DNA from: Rickettsiales bacterium | GTDB lineage: Bacteria; Pseudomonadota; Alphaproteobacteria; Rs-D84 | NCBI GenBank assembly: GCA_031283185.1 | Contig: JAITCH010000010.1 | Span: forward strand, 63,237-127,236 | DNA length: 64,000 nt | Direction: 5' to 3' | Shown: positions 18,344 to 28,919 of the stretch, piece by piece | Layout: every line of letters begins with the position of its first letter | Numbering within the stretch: position 1 is the stretch's first letter | Translations under genes and position numbers: made by a program | Notes under the pieces: model-generated | What the model saw: the letters and a program-made list of their open reading frames with translations, nothing else | Database searches by the model: none | Told to the model about the DNA's origin: nothing

Positions 18344-19399
18344 TTACCCAAAATAATCCAATCCAATCGCACGCATAACACGCGCGCGGGTTGCGGCGGC
18401 GCGTTCGCGCGCCTTGTCCGTTCCAACGCGTAAAATTTCCATAATCGCAGCCGGGTCTTTCGCCAATACTTCGCGCCGTTCCCGAATCGGCCGTAATGTA
18501 TCCTGTAAAACAGAATTCAGAAACTTTTTCACAATGCCATCGCCCAAACCGCCTCGTTCGTAATGCGCTTTGAGTTCCGTAATGTTTTTATATTCAGGCA
18601 GATATGCGGCAAAATGTTCCGTAGTGGCAAAAACTTCCAAATAAATGAATACGGGATTGTTTTCGGTGTGTCCCGGATCTTCCACGCGCAAGTGAAGAGG
18701 ATCGGTGAACATCTCTTTAACCTTCGCGGCGATTTCATCGGCGGAATCCCGTAGGAAGATTGTGTTGCCCAAAGACTTTGACATTTTCGCATTGCCGTCT
18801 GTACCGACAAGGCGCGCGGAATTTTTATCGGACGGGATAAGGCAGTCCGGCTCTATCAAAGTTTCGCCATAAAGCGAATTGAACTTGCGGACGATTTCGC
18901 GGGTCTGTTCAATCATTGGCTTTTGGTCTTCGCCGACCGGGACGAGTGTCGCATCAAACGCGGTTATGTCGGCGGCCTGAGATATGGGATATGTAAAGAA
19001 TCCGACCGGCACGCCTTCGTTGAATTTGGATTTGCTTTCGATTTCAGCTTTGACCGTTGGGTTGCGTTCCAATCGCGCGACCGAAACCAAGTTCTGATAG
19101 TAAAATGCAAGTTCTGGCAGTTCCGGGATTTGCGATTGAACGAACAGGGTGGAAATTTTCGGGTCAATGCCGACCGCGAGATTATCCAGCGCGAATTCAA
19201 TTACATTGCGGCGAATTTTCTGCGGATCGTCAAAGTTGTCGGTCAGTCCCTGGGCATCTGCGGCCATTAAAAAAACTTCGGCATATTTGCCGCTGTTTTG
19301 TAGCGCGACCCAATTTTGTAACGCGCCGACAAAGTGTCCGATATGAAGGGGTCCTGTTGGCCGCGCGCCGGTTAATATGATTTCTTTTTTATTTGCCAT
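18344..19399 (-). CDS. trpS: tryptophanyl-tRNA synthetase
   Basis: HIGH-like motif TGPLHIGHF and the KMSKS motif. Confidence 0.9.
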   Translation of the reverse strand: MANKKEIILTGARPTGPLHIGHFVGALQNWVALQNSGKYAEVFLMAADAQGLTDNFDDPQKIRRNVIEFALDNLAVGIDPKISTLFVQSQIPELPELAFYYQNLVSVARLERNPTVKAEIESKSKFNEGVPVGFFTYPISQAADITAFDATLVPVGEDQKPMIEQTREIVRKFNSLYGETLIEPDCLIPSDKNSARLVGTDGNAKMSKSLGNTIFLRDSADEIAAKVKEMFTDPLHLRVEDPGHTENNPVFIYLEVFATTEHFAAYLPEYKNITELKAHYERGGLGDGIVKKFLNSVLQDTLRPIRERREVLAKDPAAIMEILRVGTDKARERAAATRARVMRAIGLDYFG

Positions 19400-19401
19400 T
19401 T

Positions 19402-20022
19402 TTATTCAATACAACAATCTACGGCTTTTTTAACCCAAGCCCCAAGTTTCCCGACTGCGGTTGTTGGTGCAGCACCTTTGGCCTCGGCCATAACGGCGGC
19501 GCGGGCGGATATATCGCAAGTCTTTGATGATTGGGCAGGTATATTTTTGATTTCTTCCGAAACGGACGAAGTTATCGCCTGCACGCCGGATAAATCAATC
19601 AAGTCCATATTGATGCCCCAAAACAGCGAATATAATTCATACGCCTTGCCGAATAGCATATAGGCATCGTCTTTATTCCCGCGCCCGATTTGCTTTGTTC
19701 CGACTTCCATAAGGCGCATTGATGCGGCGAGCAAGTGTTTGGAAATGCACCACACTTCGCCGTTATCGCCGCCGGACTTTTTCACGATGCGCCCCATCAG
19801 GTCTTTACGCATTTCGCGGACGACATTAATCAGGTCGTAAAACCCAGTCTTGCCGGTTTTGCCGCCGCTGAAAAAGAAGTGTTCTTCCAGACTGACGAGA
19901 TTCATTAATGCGATGGATAAATCCTGGTCGCTGGACAAGTCAAGCGGATTGACCTTTTTCGCCTCGTCCAGTTGGGCGACCATTTCGTCCATAGTAAGTT
20001 TTTTTGCGTTCTCGATCGGCAT
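19402..20022 (-). CDS. hypothetical protein co-oriented immediately upstream of trpS (206 aa)
   Basis: The ORF has a 2-nt gap to trpS. It contains [10 protein letters not shown] and a C-terminal CCIE. No homology is recognised. Confidence 0.45.
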   Translation of the reverse strand: MPIENAKKLTMDEMVAQLDEAKKVNPLDLSSDQDLSIALMNLVSLEEHFFFSGGKTGKTGFYDLINVVREMRKDLMGRIVKKSGGDNGEVWCISKHLLAASMRLMEVGTKQIGRGNKDDAYMLFGKAYELYSLFWGINMDLIDLSGVQAITSSVSEEIKNIPAQSSKTCDISARAAVMAEAKGAAPTTAVGKLGAWVKKAVDCCIE

Positions 20023-20056
20023 TTGATGCTCCTTTTTTAGGCGCGAATATAATACA

Positions 20057-20557
20057 TTATCCGACTATTAGCCAGAAGATTAAAGTCGCAAGCGATAATG
20101 CGGCGATTGGCATCACGACTTTCTGAAATGGGAAAATTGCGTGTCCGCCGTTGTTTTTCTTGATGCGTGCATACCAAAAAACGGAAACCCAAAACACTAC
20201 GCTGCCTGTAAGAATTCCTAATAATAACTTGTCAACGCCCCATAAGGTGTGCGCGCCGAAGTCAATTCCCGGCAATGCATAAACGGACATTGTTAGCGCA
20301 TACATACCGACTAAATCCAAAACATAAGGCCACGATGCCTTGACCCCGCGGCGTTTCATATAGTTTGCGATCCACATTGCGACTGACAATGTCAGCGCGC
20401 CCGCCCATAGTCCTGATATGATGTCGTCGATTCCGAATTCGCGTGCAAATATCAGTCCGCCTCCGACTGCGACCGTGCAGACTGGACAGACGGCCTTGGC
20501 GGTAAGGGTGGAAATTGAAAGGCATAAAGTTGATATTGCGAATAATAATTTTTTCAT
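20057..20557 (-). CDS. integral membrane protein with an N-terminal CPVC motif
   Basis: About five hydrophobic segments, and CxxC right after the signal/TM region. Confidence 0.5.
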   Translation of the reverse strand: MKKLLFAISTLCLSISTLTAKAVCPVCTVAVGGGLIFAREFGIDDIISGLWAGALTLSVAMWIANYMKRRGVKASWPYVLDLVGMYALTMSVYALPGIDFGAHTLWGVDKLLLGILTGSVVFWVSVFWYARIKKNNGGHAIFPFQKVVMPIAALSLATLIFWLIVG

Positions 20558-20587
20558 AATTAAGTTTCCTTCATTGAATTTGCCGAA

Positions 20588-21316
20588 TTATACCGATAAT
20601 CCTAGGGTCAGGTCAAGCCATTCCGAATCGGGGAAATTCGTCCGCAAAACTTCCTGTTGGGCGCGGACTTGGTCGCCCATCCCAAGCGCGGCATAGCATA
20701 CGGCGAGCCTATATAAAGCCTCGGGCACCATTTTTGTGTCTTGCAGGCTGAGGATCAGCCCGTTCAGGCGCGTAATAGCGGCTGTCCAATTCTGCCGCCG
20801 CATTTCTTGCCGTGCCAAAAACATCAACTTGCCCGCCAGGTAATTGCGAAGGATGCTTACCTTGTTCTTGGCATTTTCTGCATATTCGGATTTTGGGAAT
20901 CGTTCTATAAGCGCGCCGAACGCGGCGATTGCGTCTTGGGTCATACTGGCATCGCGCTGCACATCTGATGCCTGTTCCATAAACGCCATACCGCGCAGAT
21001 ACATCATATAGGCGGCATTTGGATTGCCCGGGTGGAATCGCAGGAATCTGTCCGCGCTGAGAATGGCAGAGGCAAAATCTCCGTCCATATAATATGAGTA
21101 TGCCGCCAGAACGAGGGAGTCGGCAATCCAAGGGCTAGCGGGGTGGAGTTTATCGACATCTTCAAACCTGGCGGCTGCTGTGGAAAAATCTTTATTGGCA
21201 AGTTTTTCGTGTGCTTCGGTGTAGATTTCCGTATCGGACAACTCTGGCGCATCCGTGCCCGAGCACGCAGTCAGCGCGAACAATGCCATAACTATAATAA
21301 TTTGCTTTTTTATCAT
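20588..21316 (-). CDS. bamD: outer membrane protein assembly factor BamD (TPR lipoprotein)
   Basis: Lipobox LTAC, and colinear similarity to E. coli BamD (EIY..A..KL, FP.S.W, NP..P....Y.MYLRGM). Confidence 0.8.
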   Translation of the reverse strand: MIKKQIIIVMALFALTACSGTDAPELSDTEIYTEAHEKLANKDFSTAAARFEDVDKLHPASPWIADSLVLAAYSYYMDGDFASAILSADRFLRFHPGNPNAAYMMYLRGMAFMEQASDVQRDASMTQDAIAAFGALIERFPKSEYAENAKNKVSILRNYLAGKLMFLARQEMRRQNWTAAITRLNGLILSLQDTKMVPEALYRLAVCYAALGMGDQVRAQQEVLRTNFPDSEWLDLTLGLSV

Positions 21317-21340
21317 TTCGGGTGTATATTAAGGCAAATT

Positions 21341-22816
21341 ATGAGCATAAGCAAACAATTTTTATCAGTCAGCGTCTGGACGGCGATTAGTCGCTTGCTG
21401 GGCTTTGCGCGCGATGTGCTGATTGCGTCATTGATGGGCGCGGGTCGCGGGGCGGATATATTCTTTGCGGCGTTTAGGATTCCTAATATGCTGCGGAATT
21501 TATTTGGCGAAGGCGCATTGCAGGCTTCGTTCGTGCCGATGCTGGTAGAGCGCAAGAATAACAGCGAAGTGAATTTCGCAAATATGGCGTTTAGTTGGCT
21601 GATGCTGATAATGTTGCTGATTACGATTGCGGCGGTTATTGCGATGCCGCTGATAATGCTGATAATCGCGCCGGGCTTTTCGGCAGAGCCGGGCAAGTTG
21701 GCCGAAGCGATAGATGTAGGGCGGCTGTTATTCCCATATTCATTATTAATATGCGCGGTGGGATTTTTGTCGGGTGTTCTGAATGCAAATCATAGATTTG
21801 CGCTGGCGGCGGCGATGCCAGCATTTTTGAATATATTTATGATTGCGGGCGCGGTTGGTGCTTGGCATTTTGGATGGGCGGTTGCGCCTGCATTGTCCAT
21901 TGCAGTTCTGTTGTCGGGCGCGTTTCAGATTTGGATTCTGTGGTCGCGGATTCGCAGCGGCAATTTTGGGCTGCGATTGGTGCGTCCGCGTGGCTCAACT
22001 GATATGAAGACCCTAGGGCGGCGGATGTTGCCGGGGATTGTCGGGTCGGGCGCGTATCATATAAATGTAATGATCAGCACTATTCTTGCCAGCCTTACGC
22101 CGGGCGCGGTTTCGTGGCTTTATTATGCGGATCGGATGATTCAGCTGCCGTTTGCTGTTATTGGGTTGGCGATTGGCACGGTGTTGCTGACGGCGATTTC
22201 CAAGGCACTTGCGGAAGGGGATAAACAACTTGCGACCCAGCATCAGAATAATGCGATAACGAACATCTTGTTTTGGACATTGCCTGCGTTTGCGGGGCTT
22301 GCTGCGCTGGCAGAGCCGATTACTCGGATTTTATTTCAGCGCGGGGAATTTACGGCATTTGATACGGCGCAGACGGCGGGTGCGATTTTGTTGTTGTCAT
22401 TTGCATTGCCCGCGATGAGTTTGTCGCAGGTGTTCGAGAAGACCTTGTTTGCGGACAAGAATACCAAAACCCCGGCGAAGATTGGGATTTTAAGTATTTT
22501 AGGCGGCACGATTGCGGCGATTGCGCTTTACCCGGTTATGGGATTTCTGTCGGTTGCGCTGGCGACATCGTTGTCGGCCTGGGCGCGGTTGTTTATGTTG
22601 GCGCGTGCGGCGCATCGCCGTGATTTGTTTCACCTTGATTCCTGCACGATTCTGAATGGATTGGTGTTTATGGCGGCGGCGGCGATGATGTATTTTGGGC
22701 TGAAAATGTTTGAAGTTCCGAATTTAATCCAGCTTGGGGCATTGATTGCTGTGGCGGGCGGGGCGTATTTGGTAGGGATGAAATTATTCCTTGTGTTTAT
22801 GAAAAAGCCCGGCTAA
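21341..22816 (+). CDS. murJ: lipid II flippase MurJ (MviN)
   Basis: MSISKQFLSVSVWTAISRLLGFARDVLIA..., a polytopic protein. The N-terminal extension in the ORF track overlaps bamD and is rejected. The start is approximate (+/-1). Confidence 0.85.
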   Translation: MSISKQFLSVSVWTAISRLLGFARDVLIASLMGAGRGADIFFAAFRIPNMLRNLFGEGALQASFVPMLVERKNNSEVNFANMAFSWLMLIMLLITIAAVIAMPLIMLIIAPGFSAEPGKLAEAIDVGRLLFPYSLLICAVGFLSGVLNANHRFALAAAMPAFLNIFMIAGAVGAWHFGWAVAPALSIAVLLSGAFQIWILWSRIRSGNFGLRLVRPRGSTDMKTLGRRMLPGIVGSGAYHINVMISTILASLTPGAVSWLYYADRMIQLPFAVIGLAIGTVLLTAISKALAEGDKQLATQHQNNAITNILFWTLPAFAGLAALAEPITRILFQRGEFTAFDTAQTAGAILLLSFALPAMSLSQVFEKTLFADKNTKTPAKIGILSILGGTIAAIALYPVMGFLSVALATSLSAWARLFMLARAAHRRDLFHLDSCTILNGLVFMAAAAMMYFGLKMFEVPNLIQLGALIAVAGGAYLVGMKLFLVFMKKPG

Positions 22817-22839
22817 AATTATAAAAAAGGGAAAATAAA

Positions 22840-24204
22840 ATGAAAAGACTTATATCTATTTTATGTGCATTGACATTTATGACTTCTGCGGCGAATGCGC
22901 GGAATCAATATGGCGAATGGAGCCCTGTGGACGATGTCATTAATCATCCAGATTTTGATAATGGTGATTTAAGCGATGAAGCGGCGAATGCGATAAACGC
23001 GGACGAACAGGATGATAAGAACAAGACGGCGTTTCCTGCGGGCTTGCAGTTCGGCGCGGGACTTACGATTATGCCCGGACATAACTGGTTTATTGGATAT
23101 GCGAACAAGGATTTTGAGAGTTTTTGGTGGAAAAGAATCGGCGGCAGGCTGGACTTTACGACCCCGATGTCATTGTCGGCCAGTGCGACCATTCACGACA
23201 AAATCGGGGGGGGGTATGAAGTTGATCCGCACGCGCAGATATGGTTCAAGAAATTTGATTTTGATAAACAAACAATCAAAGAAGACTTTGACCTTGATGA
23301 CGAAACGATCAGTCTTAATGGGTCGAATGCAAAGTTCTTTATGAAGCATAAGAATTTTGGCGCATTGATGGATATTTATCCGTTTGGAAATACTTGGTTC
23401 CTAGGCGGGCTCAGGTTGTCCGGCGGATATTATATGGGCGAATTGATGGCGGATTTTCATACGGATATTCCGTTGGATATTCCGGCACAGGGATTCAAGC
23501 AGCCAATCGGGGCGAATGATGAACTAAGATTCAGAATCCGTAATGGTTCCAAATTTGGAACGACTATTAATTGGAAATATAATGGACCTTATGTTGGATT
23601 GGGTTTTGATTTGGGTTTGTTGTGGGGCGCGAAAATTTATATGGACGCGGGCGCGGTATATACTAAGCCGTTGAAAGTATCTAACAAAAGCCTTATTGAT
23701 GACAAGAACATTTATGTGGACAGCTGTTTCAGAATAGGGGCATCAGGGGCTTGTGAATGGACACAATTATTTGCCGGGATGACTACGCCGAATGTTGACC
23801 AGATTGTTCAGGGTGTTTTAAGCGGGGTTATTGATGCAAAGATACAGACATATTTGACCGGCGATCAACTCATAATTCCTGGCGCAGGCACTTATACTTT
23901 GACTACTGATCAACAAGCAACCATTGGGCAAGACATTACTTACTGGTTATTGAACGGAACGAATGCGAATACTCCTGCGTGGATTACACAACTTACTGAA
24001 ACAAATGCCGATATTGCGAATACAATGAATCAGATTCGAACCGAGGTTGTTGATGACGCGCATAGCGATATTCAGTCTAAAATTGACGAGATTTGGGGCG
24101 ATTACGAGCAGCAAAAGTTGGATGCGGTTAATGATATAAATGATAGTGTGAAAGACTTCCGCATTATGCCTATGATAAAACTGGGCTTTATGTATAGATT
24201 TTAA
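22840..24204 (+). CDS. hypothetical outer-membrane/secreted protein (454 aa), probably a beta-barrel (C-terminal ...GFMYRF)
   Basis: Signal peptide MKRLISILCALTFMTSAANA, and a C-terminal aromatic residue. It contains a G9 tract at 23206-23214. Confidence 0.55.
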   Translation: MKRLISILCALTFMTSAANARNQYGEWSPVDDVINHPDFDNGDLSDEAANAINADEQDDKNKTAFPAGLQFGAGLTIMPGHNWFIGYANKDFESFWWKRIGGRLDFTTPMSLSASATIHDKIGGGYEVDPHAQIWFKKFDFDKQTIKEDFDLDDETISLNGSNAKFFMKHKNFGALMDIYPFGNTWFLGGLRLSGGYYMGELMADFHTDIPLDIPAQGFKQPIGANDELRFRIRNGSKFGTTINWKYNGPYVGLGFDLGLLWGAKIYMDAGAVYTKPLKVSNKSLIDDKNIYVDSCFRIGASGACEWTQLFAGMTTPNVDQIVQGVLSGVIDAKIQTYLTGDQLIIPGAGTYTLTTDQQATIGQDITYWLLNGTNANTPAWITQLTETNADIANTMNQIRTEVVDDAHSDIQSKIDEIWGDYEQQKLDAVNDINDSVKDFRIMPMIKLGFMYRF

Positions 24205-24210
24205 TCTCAT

Positions 24211-24239
24211 AAATCCCCTCCAACGGAGGGGATTTTTTT
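24211..24239 (+). terminator. intrinsic terminator TCCCCTCCAACGGAGGGGA followed by T7
   Basis: Hairpin followed by a T-run directly after the 22840..24204 stop. Confidence 0.75.
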
Positions 24240-24265
24240 AGGAATAAAAATTCTTCATTTTACCC

Positions 24266-24294
24266 CTTGAAATCCTGTTTTTACTCACTATTTT
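24266..24294 (+). promoter_or_regulatory. RpoH (sigma32)-type promoter CTTG-N18-CTATTTT upstream of dnaK
   Basis: Matches the alphaproteobacterial sigma32 consensus CTTG-N17-18-CYTATNT, about 200 nt upstream of the dnaK ATG. Confidence 0.45.
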
Positions 24295-24493
24295 CAGAAT
24301 AGCAAATAAATAATAAACCTCAAAAAACATTAACGAGGTCGCGTTTGCGAGGATAGAACGCCCAATATCAAGGAAAGCCGGGGGCGAAGTTGGCGTCTGC
24401 CAATGAGTGTGCCCCCGGTTTCCGCAGATAGTGGGTGTTATAGACCGCAAACGAAAAACCGAGGTTGTGTTTTTTAGCAAAAAGGAGCAAAAA

Positions 24494-26389
24494 ATGGCAA
24501 AAGTATTGGGTATTGATTTGGGAACGACCAATTCCTGTGTCGCATTTATGGATGGCGCAGAACCGAAAATTATAGAAAATTCCGAAGGCCAGCGGACGAC
24601 CCCGTCCATTGTCGCCTTTGCCGCCGACAGCGAAGAACAATTTGTCGGCATCACGGCAAAAAACCAAGCCGTTACAAATCCGGCAAATACGATTTATGAA
24701 ATAAAGCGGCTTATGGGACTTCGCTTTGACGATCCCAGTCTGAAAGATTTCGAGAAATTGTCGCCGTTCAAGATCGTCCCGGGCGACAACGGCGATGCTT
24801 GGGTGGAAATAAAGGGCAAAAAATACGCGCCTTCGCAAATATCCGCAATGATTCTTTCCAAATTGAAAAAGGATGCCGAGGCTTATTTTGGTCAGCCCGT
24901 AACAGAGGCGGTCATAACCGTTCCTGCATATTTCAACGATTCGCAACGCCAGGCGACCAAGGATGCCGGACGCATCGCGGGCTTGAATGTTTTGCGTATT
25001 GTGAACGAACCGACGGCGGCCGCGCTTGCGTATGGTTTGGATAAAAAGAAGAACGGCACGATTGCTGTTTATGATCTTGGCGGCGGAACATTTGATATTT
25101 CAATTCTTGAAATTGTTGACGGGGTGTTCGAGGTCAAGGCAACGAACGGCGATACCAAATTGGGCGGCGGCGACTTTGATAAACGCGTTATGGAGTATCT
25201 GTTGGACGAGTTCAAGAAGTCCAGCGGCATAGATTTGCGCGGCGATAAACTTGCCTTGCAACGGCTTAAAGAAGCGGCGGAAAAGGCAAAAATTGAATTG
25301 TCCAGCAAAACCGAAACGGATATTAATTTGCCGTTTATTACGGCGGATGCGTCCGGCCCGAAACACTTTAATATAAAGATGACCCGGGCGAAGTTGGAAT
25401 CTTTGGTGGACGATTTAATTACGCGTTCGGTGGAACCTTGTAAAAAAGCAATGAAGGACGCAGGGCTGAATATGTCCCAAATTTCCGAGGTTATTTTGGT
25501 CGGTGGACAAACCCGTATGCCCAAAGTGCAGCAGGTCGTCAAAGAGTTCTTTGGCAAAGAACCGCACAAGGGCGTGAACCCGGACGAAGTCGTCTGTATG
25601 GGCGCGGCAGTGCAGGGCGGTGTGCTTAAAGGCGATGTTAAAGATGTTCTGCTTTTGGATGTTACCCCGCTGTCGTTGGGTATTGAAACAATGGGCGGCG
25701 TCTTCACGCGCCTTATTGATCGCAACACGACCATACCGACCAAAAAGTCGCAGGTGTTTTCCACGGCCGAAGATAATCAAACGGCCGTTACGATTCGCGT
25801 ATTTCAGGGCGAACGCGAAATGGCGCAGGATAATAAATTGCTTGGGCAGTTTAATTTAGAAGGCATTGCGCCCGCGCCGCGCGGTATGCCACAGATAGAA
25901 GTCTCGTTTGATATTGACGCGAATGGAATCGTTCATGTATCGGCCAAGGATAAAGGCACGGGCAAAGAGCAGATGATTTCCATTAAATCAGACGGCGGCC
26001 TGTCCGAGGCGGACATACAAAAAATGGTAAAGGATGCAGAGGCGAATGCCGAGGCGGACAAACAGAAACGCGCGCTTGCCGATGCGAAAAATAGCGCAGA
26101 GGCGTTGTATCATTCAACCGAGAAAGCACTTAAAGAGCACGGCGATAAAATTGATGCCGATACGAAGAAAGCGATTGATGATGCTATGACCGAATTGAAA
26201 TCCGAAATGGATAAATCGGATGCGACCGCGGACGGGCTGAAAGCCAAGACGGACGCATTGTCGGAACGCGCGATGAAACTGGGCGAGATTATTTATAAGC
26301 AAGCCCAAGCCGAATCGCAGTCTGCCGGGTCTTCGGAACAGAAAAATCCCGATGGCCCCATCGACGCCGACTTTGAAGAAAAGAAATAA
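24494..26389 (+). CDS. dnaK: molecular chaperone DnaK (Hsp70)
   Basis: Starts [14 protein letters not shown] and continues with the remaining Hsp70 signatures. The start is chosen at the Met with an AAAAGGAG RBS. Confidence 0.95.
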   Translation: MAKVLGIDLGTTNSCVAFMDGAEPKIIENSEGQRTTPSIVAFAADSEEQFVGITAKNQAVTNPANTIYEIKRLMGLRFDDPSLKDFEKLSPFKIVPGDNGDAWVEIKGKKYAPSQISAMILSKLKKDAEAYFGQPVTEAVITVPAYFNDSQRQATKDAGRIAGLNVLRIVNEPTAAALAYGLDKKKNGTIAVYDLGGGTFDISILEIVDGVFEVKATNGDTKLGGGDFDKRVMEYLLDEFKKSSGIDLRGDKLALQRLKEAAEKAKIELSSKTETDINLPFITADASGPKHFNIKMTRAKLESLVDDLITRSVEPCKKAMKDAGLNMSQISEVILVGGQTRMPKVQQVVKEFFGKEPHKGVNPDEVVCMGAAVQGGVLKGDVKDVLLLDVTPLSLGIETMGGVFTRLIDRNTTIPTKKSQVFSTAEDNQTAVTIRVFQGEREMAQDNKLLGQFNLEGIAPAPRGMPQIEVSFDIDANGIVHVSAKDKGTGKEQMISIKSDGGLSEADIQKMVKDAEANAEADKQKRALADAKNSAEALYHSTEKALKEHGDKIDADTKKAIDDAMTELKSEMDKSDATADGLKAKTDALSERAMKLGEIIYKQAQAESQSAGSSEQKNPDGPIDADFEEKK

Positions 26390-26450
26390 TCCTTGTCCCC
26401 CTTTGTCGCGCCGTAGCAAAGCGAAGGCGGATAATGGGTGGGTAAAATAA

Positions 26451-26482
26451 GTTATTCCGGGGCTTGACCCCGGAATCTTGTC
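26451..26482. repeat. REP/RPE-like 32-bp palindromic element (GTTATTCCGGGGCTTGACCCCGGAATCTTGTC)
   Basis: One of six copies of the GTCATYCCSGGGCTTGACCCSGGRATCTYG family. Confidence 0.8.
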
Positions 26483-26498
26483 ATAATATAATTCCCAT

Positions 26499-27503
26499 AT
26501 GAAAAAAATAGATCTTGTATATCTTTGGGTAGATGGCAGCGATGCGAAATGGCAGGCGAAAAAAAATGCCGCATTGAAAAAAGCAGGCATTTATAAAAAG
26601 ACTTCTGCGACATCTGCGAATCGTTGGCGCGATAATGACGAGTTGAAGTATTCGTTAAGGTCTGCGGAAAAATTCGCGCCGTGGATAAATCATATATATA
26701 TTGTGACAGACAGGCAGAAACCAAAATGGTTGAAAGAAAGCGCGCGCTTATCAATTATCAATCACGAACAAATTATGGAAAAAAAGTTTTTGCCGAACTT
26801 TAATGCATCAGCCATTGAAATTAATATATATAAAATTCCAGGGCTTTCGGAACACTTTCTTTATGCGAATGATGATATGTTTTTCGGCCGCCCAGTTAAG
26901 CCGGACTTTTTCTTTGATAGACGGGGTAATCCGATAGTGATTATGACAGGACGAAATAATTGGCGTGCTTTTGCGGGACACAAAACGCGGAATCTCTTCA
27001 AAACAATGAAGTGGAATGCCTTACGATTTGTCCAGCGCGTCTTCGGCGAAAAATATAATTTAACATTCAAACACGCGATAGAGCCATATCGCAAATCGTA
27101 TATGCAGGAAATGGCCGACAAATTTTATAAGGACATAATTGTGCCAAGTATGACGCAATTCCGAGACCGGGCGAATGTGCAGAGAGTTGTATTGCCACTT
27201 ATTGACAATGCGATGGGGCGCAATACGATAATGCTTAATTGGCGCGATGGTAAGAATCGGATAATTTATAATGTCCACCGCGAGCATAGGTTCTGGCATT
27301 TCATTCGTTGGATGTTTGCGGCATTGTTCGGATATATAAAGTATGATTGTTATGACAAGCAGTGGCGGATGAACAAAATTATTCAGAAACGCCACCCAGC
27401 ATTATTTGTGATAAACGATACGGCGGAATCTGATGCTGATTTTATCCGCACTGCGAATTTGATGAACGAAATGTTTCCAAAAAAATCCCAATTCGAAAAA
27501 TAA
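26499..27503 (+). CDS. Stealth-family protein (capsule polysaccharide phosphotransferase-like)
   Basis: CR1-like IDLVYLWVDGSD, and a CR2-like LYANDDMFF. Confidence 0.65.
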   Translation: MKKIDLVYLWVDGSDAKWQAKKNAALKKAGIYKKTSATSANRWRDNDELKYSLRSAEKFAPWINHIYIVTDRQKPKWLKESARLSIINHEQIMEKKFLPNFNASAIEINIYKIPGLSEHFLYANDDMFFGRPVKPDFFFDRRGNPIVIMTGRNNWRAFAGHKTRNLFKTMKWNALRFVQRVFGEKYNLTFKHAIEPYRKSYMQEMADKFYKDIIVPSMTQFRDRANVQRVVLPLIDNAMGRNTIMLNWRDGKNRIIYNVHREHRFWHFIRWMFAALFGYIKYDCYDKQWRMNKIIQKRHPALFVINDTAESDADFIRTANLMNEMFPKKSQFEK

Positions 27504-27594
27504 AACTAAAATTTTTTCTGCCTCCGCTGACCGGGGGTGGGATTAAGCATACATTCCTATACACAACTTTTCCGCGCACATATATCATTGCGGA

Positions 27595-28233
27595 ATGAAA
27601 AAAATTCTTGCCGCATTAATTCTTTGCCCATCCGCCGCATTTGCCATTGAGGCGGATGTTTTGTCGCCCACGCATCGTAGTAATTTCGTTATGCTTTCGG
27701 TCATTCAGCCGAATATAATGTTCAAGACTGATGGCGAATGGCCGGGGCAGCATCACATCAGCGGCACTGGTATGGGCGTGGGTTTTGGGCGGAGGTTTCC
27801 GAATGGTTTTGCGGCGGACTTTGATTTTTCTTCGGTTAGCATAAATTTATTTTCGCCTAGCAAGCAGAATGCGTTGCAGTCGGGATCCTTGATGGGCGGC
27901 GTTATGTATGAGCATAACATTTGGGAAGGCATTGCGCCATATGTGGGTGCGGGTGTTGGCGGTGCGGTATGGGTGAATAATATAAAGTATCGCAATACGG
28001 ATCAGACTGGATTGATAAGCGATTGGTCGGTGCATACTGATACGGCGATGCGCTTAAACTTCGCATATTATGCAAGGGCGGGCGTGTGGGTTGAGTTAAG
28101 TGATCGGTTTGATATGGATTTGGGGGTGCGGTTTCAAGACCTTGGCCGTGCGCCGAATAGATATGGATATTTTGATATAGTTGGGCGGATAACGAATGTG
28201 CAATTCGGTATCGGCGTAGCATATAAATGGTAA
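27595..28233 (+). CDS. small outer-membrane beta-barrel protein (OmpA-like/OMP_b-brl family)
   Basis: Signal peptide, alternating amphipathic segments, and a C-terminal ...GVAYKW. Confidence 0.55.
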   Translation: MKKILAALILCPSAAFAIEADVLSPTHRSNFVMLSVIQPNIMFKTDGEWPGQHHISGTGMGVGFGRRFPNGFAADFDFSSVSINLFSPSKQNALQSGSLMGGVMYEHNIWEGIAPYVGAGVGGAVWVNNIKYRNTDQTGLISDWSVHTDTAMRLNFAYYARAGVWVELSDRFDMDLGVRFQDLGRAPNRYGYFDIVGRITNVQFGIGVAYKW

Positions 28234-28302
28234 TAAAAATTTCATAGAAAATTTTGTTTTTGCAACGCATGGTTATACTTAATGTATCTTTTTCTGTCTA
28301 TA

Positions 28303-28330
28303 CAAAAAATCCCCTTTCGGGGACTTTCTC
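28303..28330. terminator. bidirectional terminator AAAAAATCCCCTTTCGGGGACTTTCTCTT
   Basis: Hairpin with an A-run on one side and a T-rich tract on the other, lying between convergent genes. Confidence 0.6.
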
Positions 28331-28870
28331 TTAGAATTCTGTCTTAAACCCCAATCTTACAGATTCTGAATTTGCGGACACTTGAATCTTATCTTCATGC
28401 TTACCAACTAACACCCATGTAAATAAAGCTGAAACTGCTGCTCCTGCTATCACATCATGGGTATAGTGTGCTCTTATCTCTACTCTTTGCCAAGCAACTA
28501 TACCAGACATTATGTAAGGTGCGATTGCTTGCTTCCAACCATACCTTTTATGGACAAACATAGCCCCAGAGAAAGCACCTGCGGAATGTCCGCTCGGGAA
28601 AGACATATTATCAATCCCATTAGGCCTTTCTTCTTTCACAGTTCTTTTAAGTCCTTCCACCATAAGTTGAGAAGCAACTATCGAACTTGTTAATTGTAAA
28701 GCTCCTGCCCAATCTTCTTTACCAGCTGTCATTCCATAAGCATAAAATACCGAAGCGGATAAAAATAGATCACCCATTACACCCTTGTTCGTAAATGGAC
28801 CAGCATAAACTTCATTTGTCGTCAATGCCCAACAAATAAAGATTGTACCAAGAGTTCTAAGCCCTGACAT
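28331..28870 (-). CDS. PAP2-family phosphatase (lipid phosphate / lipid A phosphatase-like)
   Basis: PAP2 motifs KRTVKEERP, PSGHS and HYTHDV. Confidence 0.8.
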   Translation of the reverse strand: MSGLRTLGTIFICWALTTNEVYAGPFTNKGVMGDLFLSASVFYAYGMTAGKEDWAGALQLTSSIVASQLMVEGLKRTVKEERPNGIDNMSFPSGHSAGAFSGAMFVHKRYGWKQAIAPYIMSGIVAWQRVEIRAHYTHDVIAGAAVSALFTWVLVGKHEDKIQVSANSESVRLGFKTEF

Positions 28871-28892
28871 TTTCTTACTCCTTTTTTATGAC

Positions 28893-28919
28893 AAAAAAAG
28901 ACCACCATTAGTGGTGGTC
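28893..28919 (-). terminator. intrinsic terminator on the minus strand (GACCACCACTAATGGTGGTC + T7), 20 nt upstream of the PAP2 RBS
   Basis: Perfect 8-bp stem plus a T-run on the minus strand. It ends a ~180-nt minus-strand unit that starts near a TATAAT at 29090-29085. Confidence 0.6.

Noticed and set aside
21143-21340. N-terminal extension of the murJ ORF (MEFIDIF...), overlapping the bamD start on the opposite strand
   Set aside because: The conserved MurJ N-terminus begins at MSISKQF (about 21341). The extension starts with GTG, has no RBS and overlaps bamD, so the shorter start is preferred.
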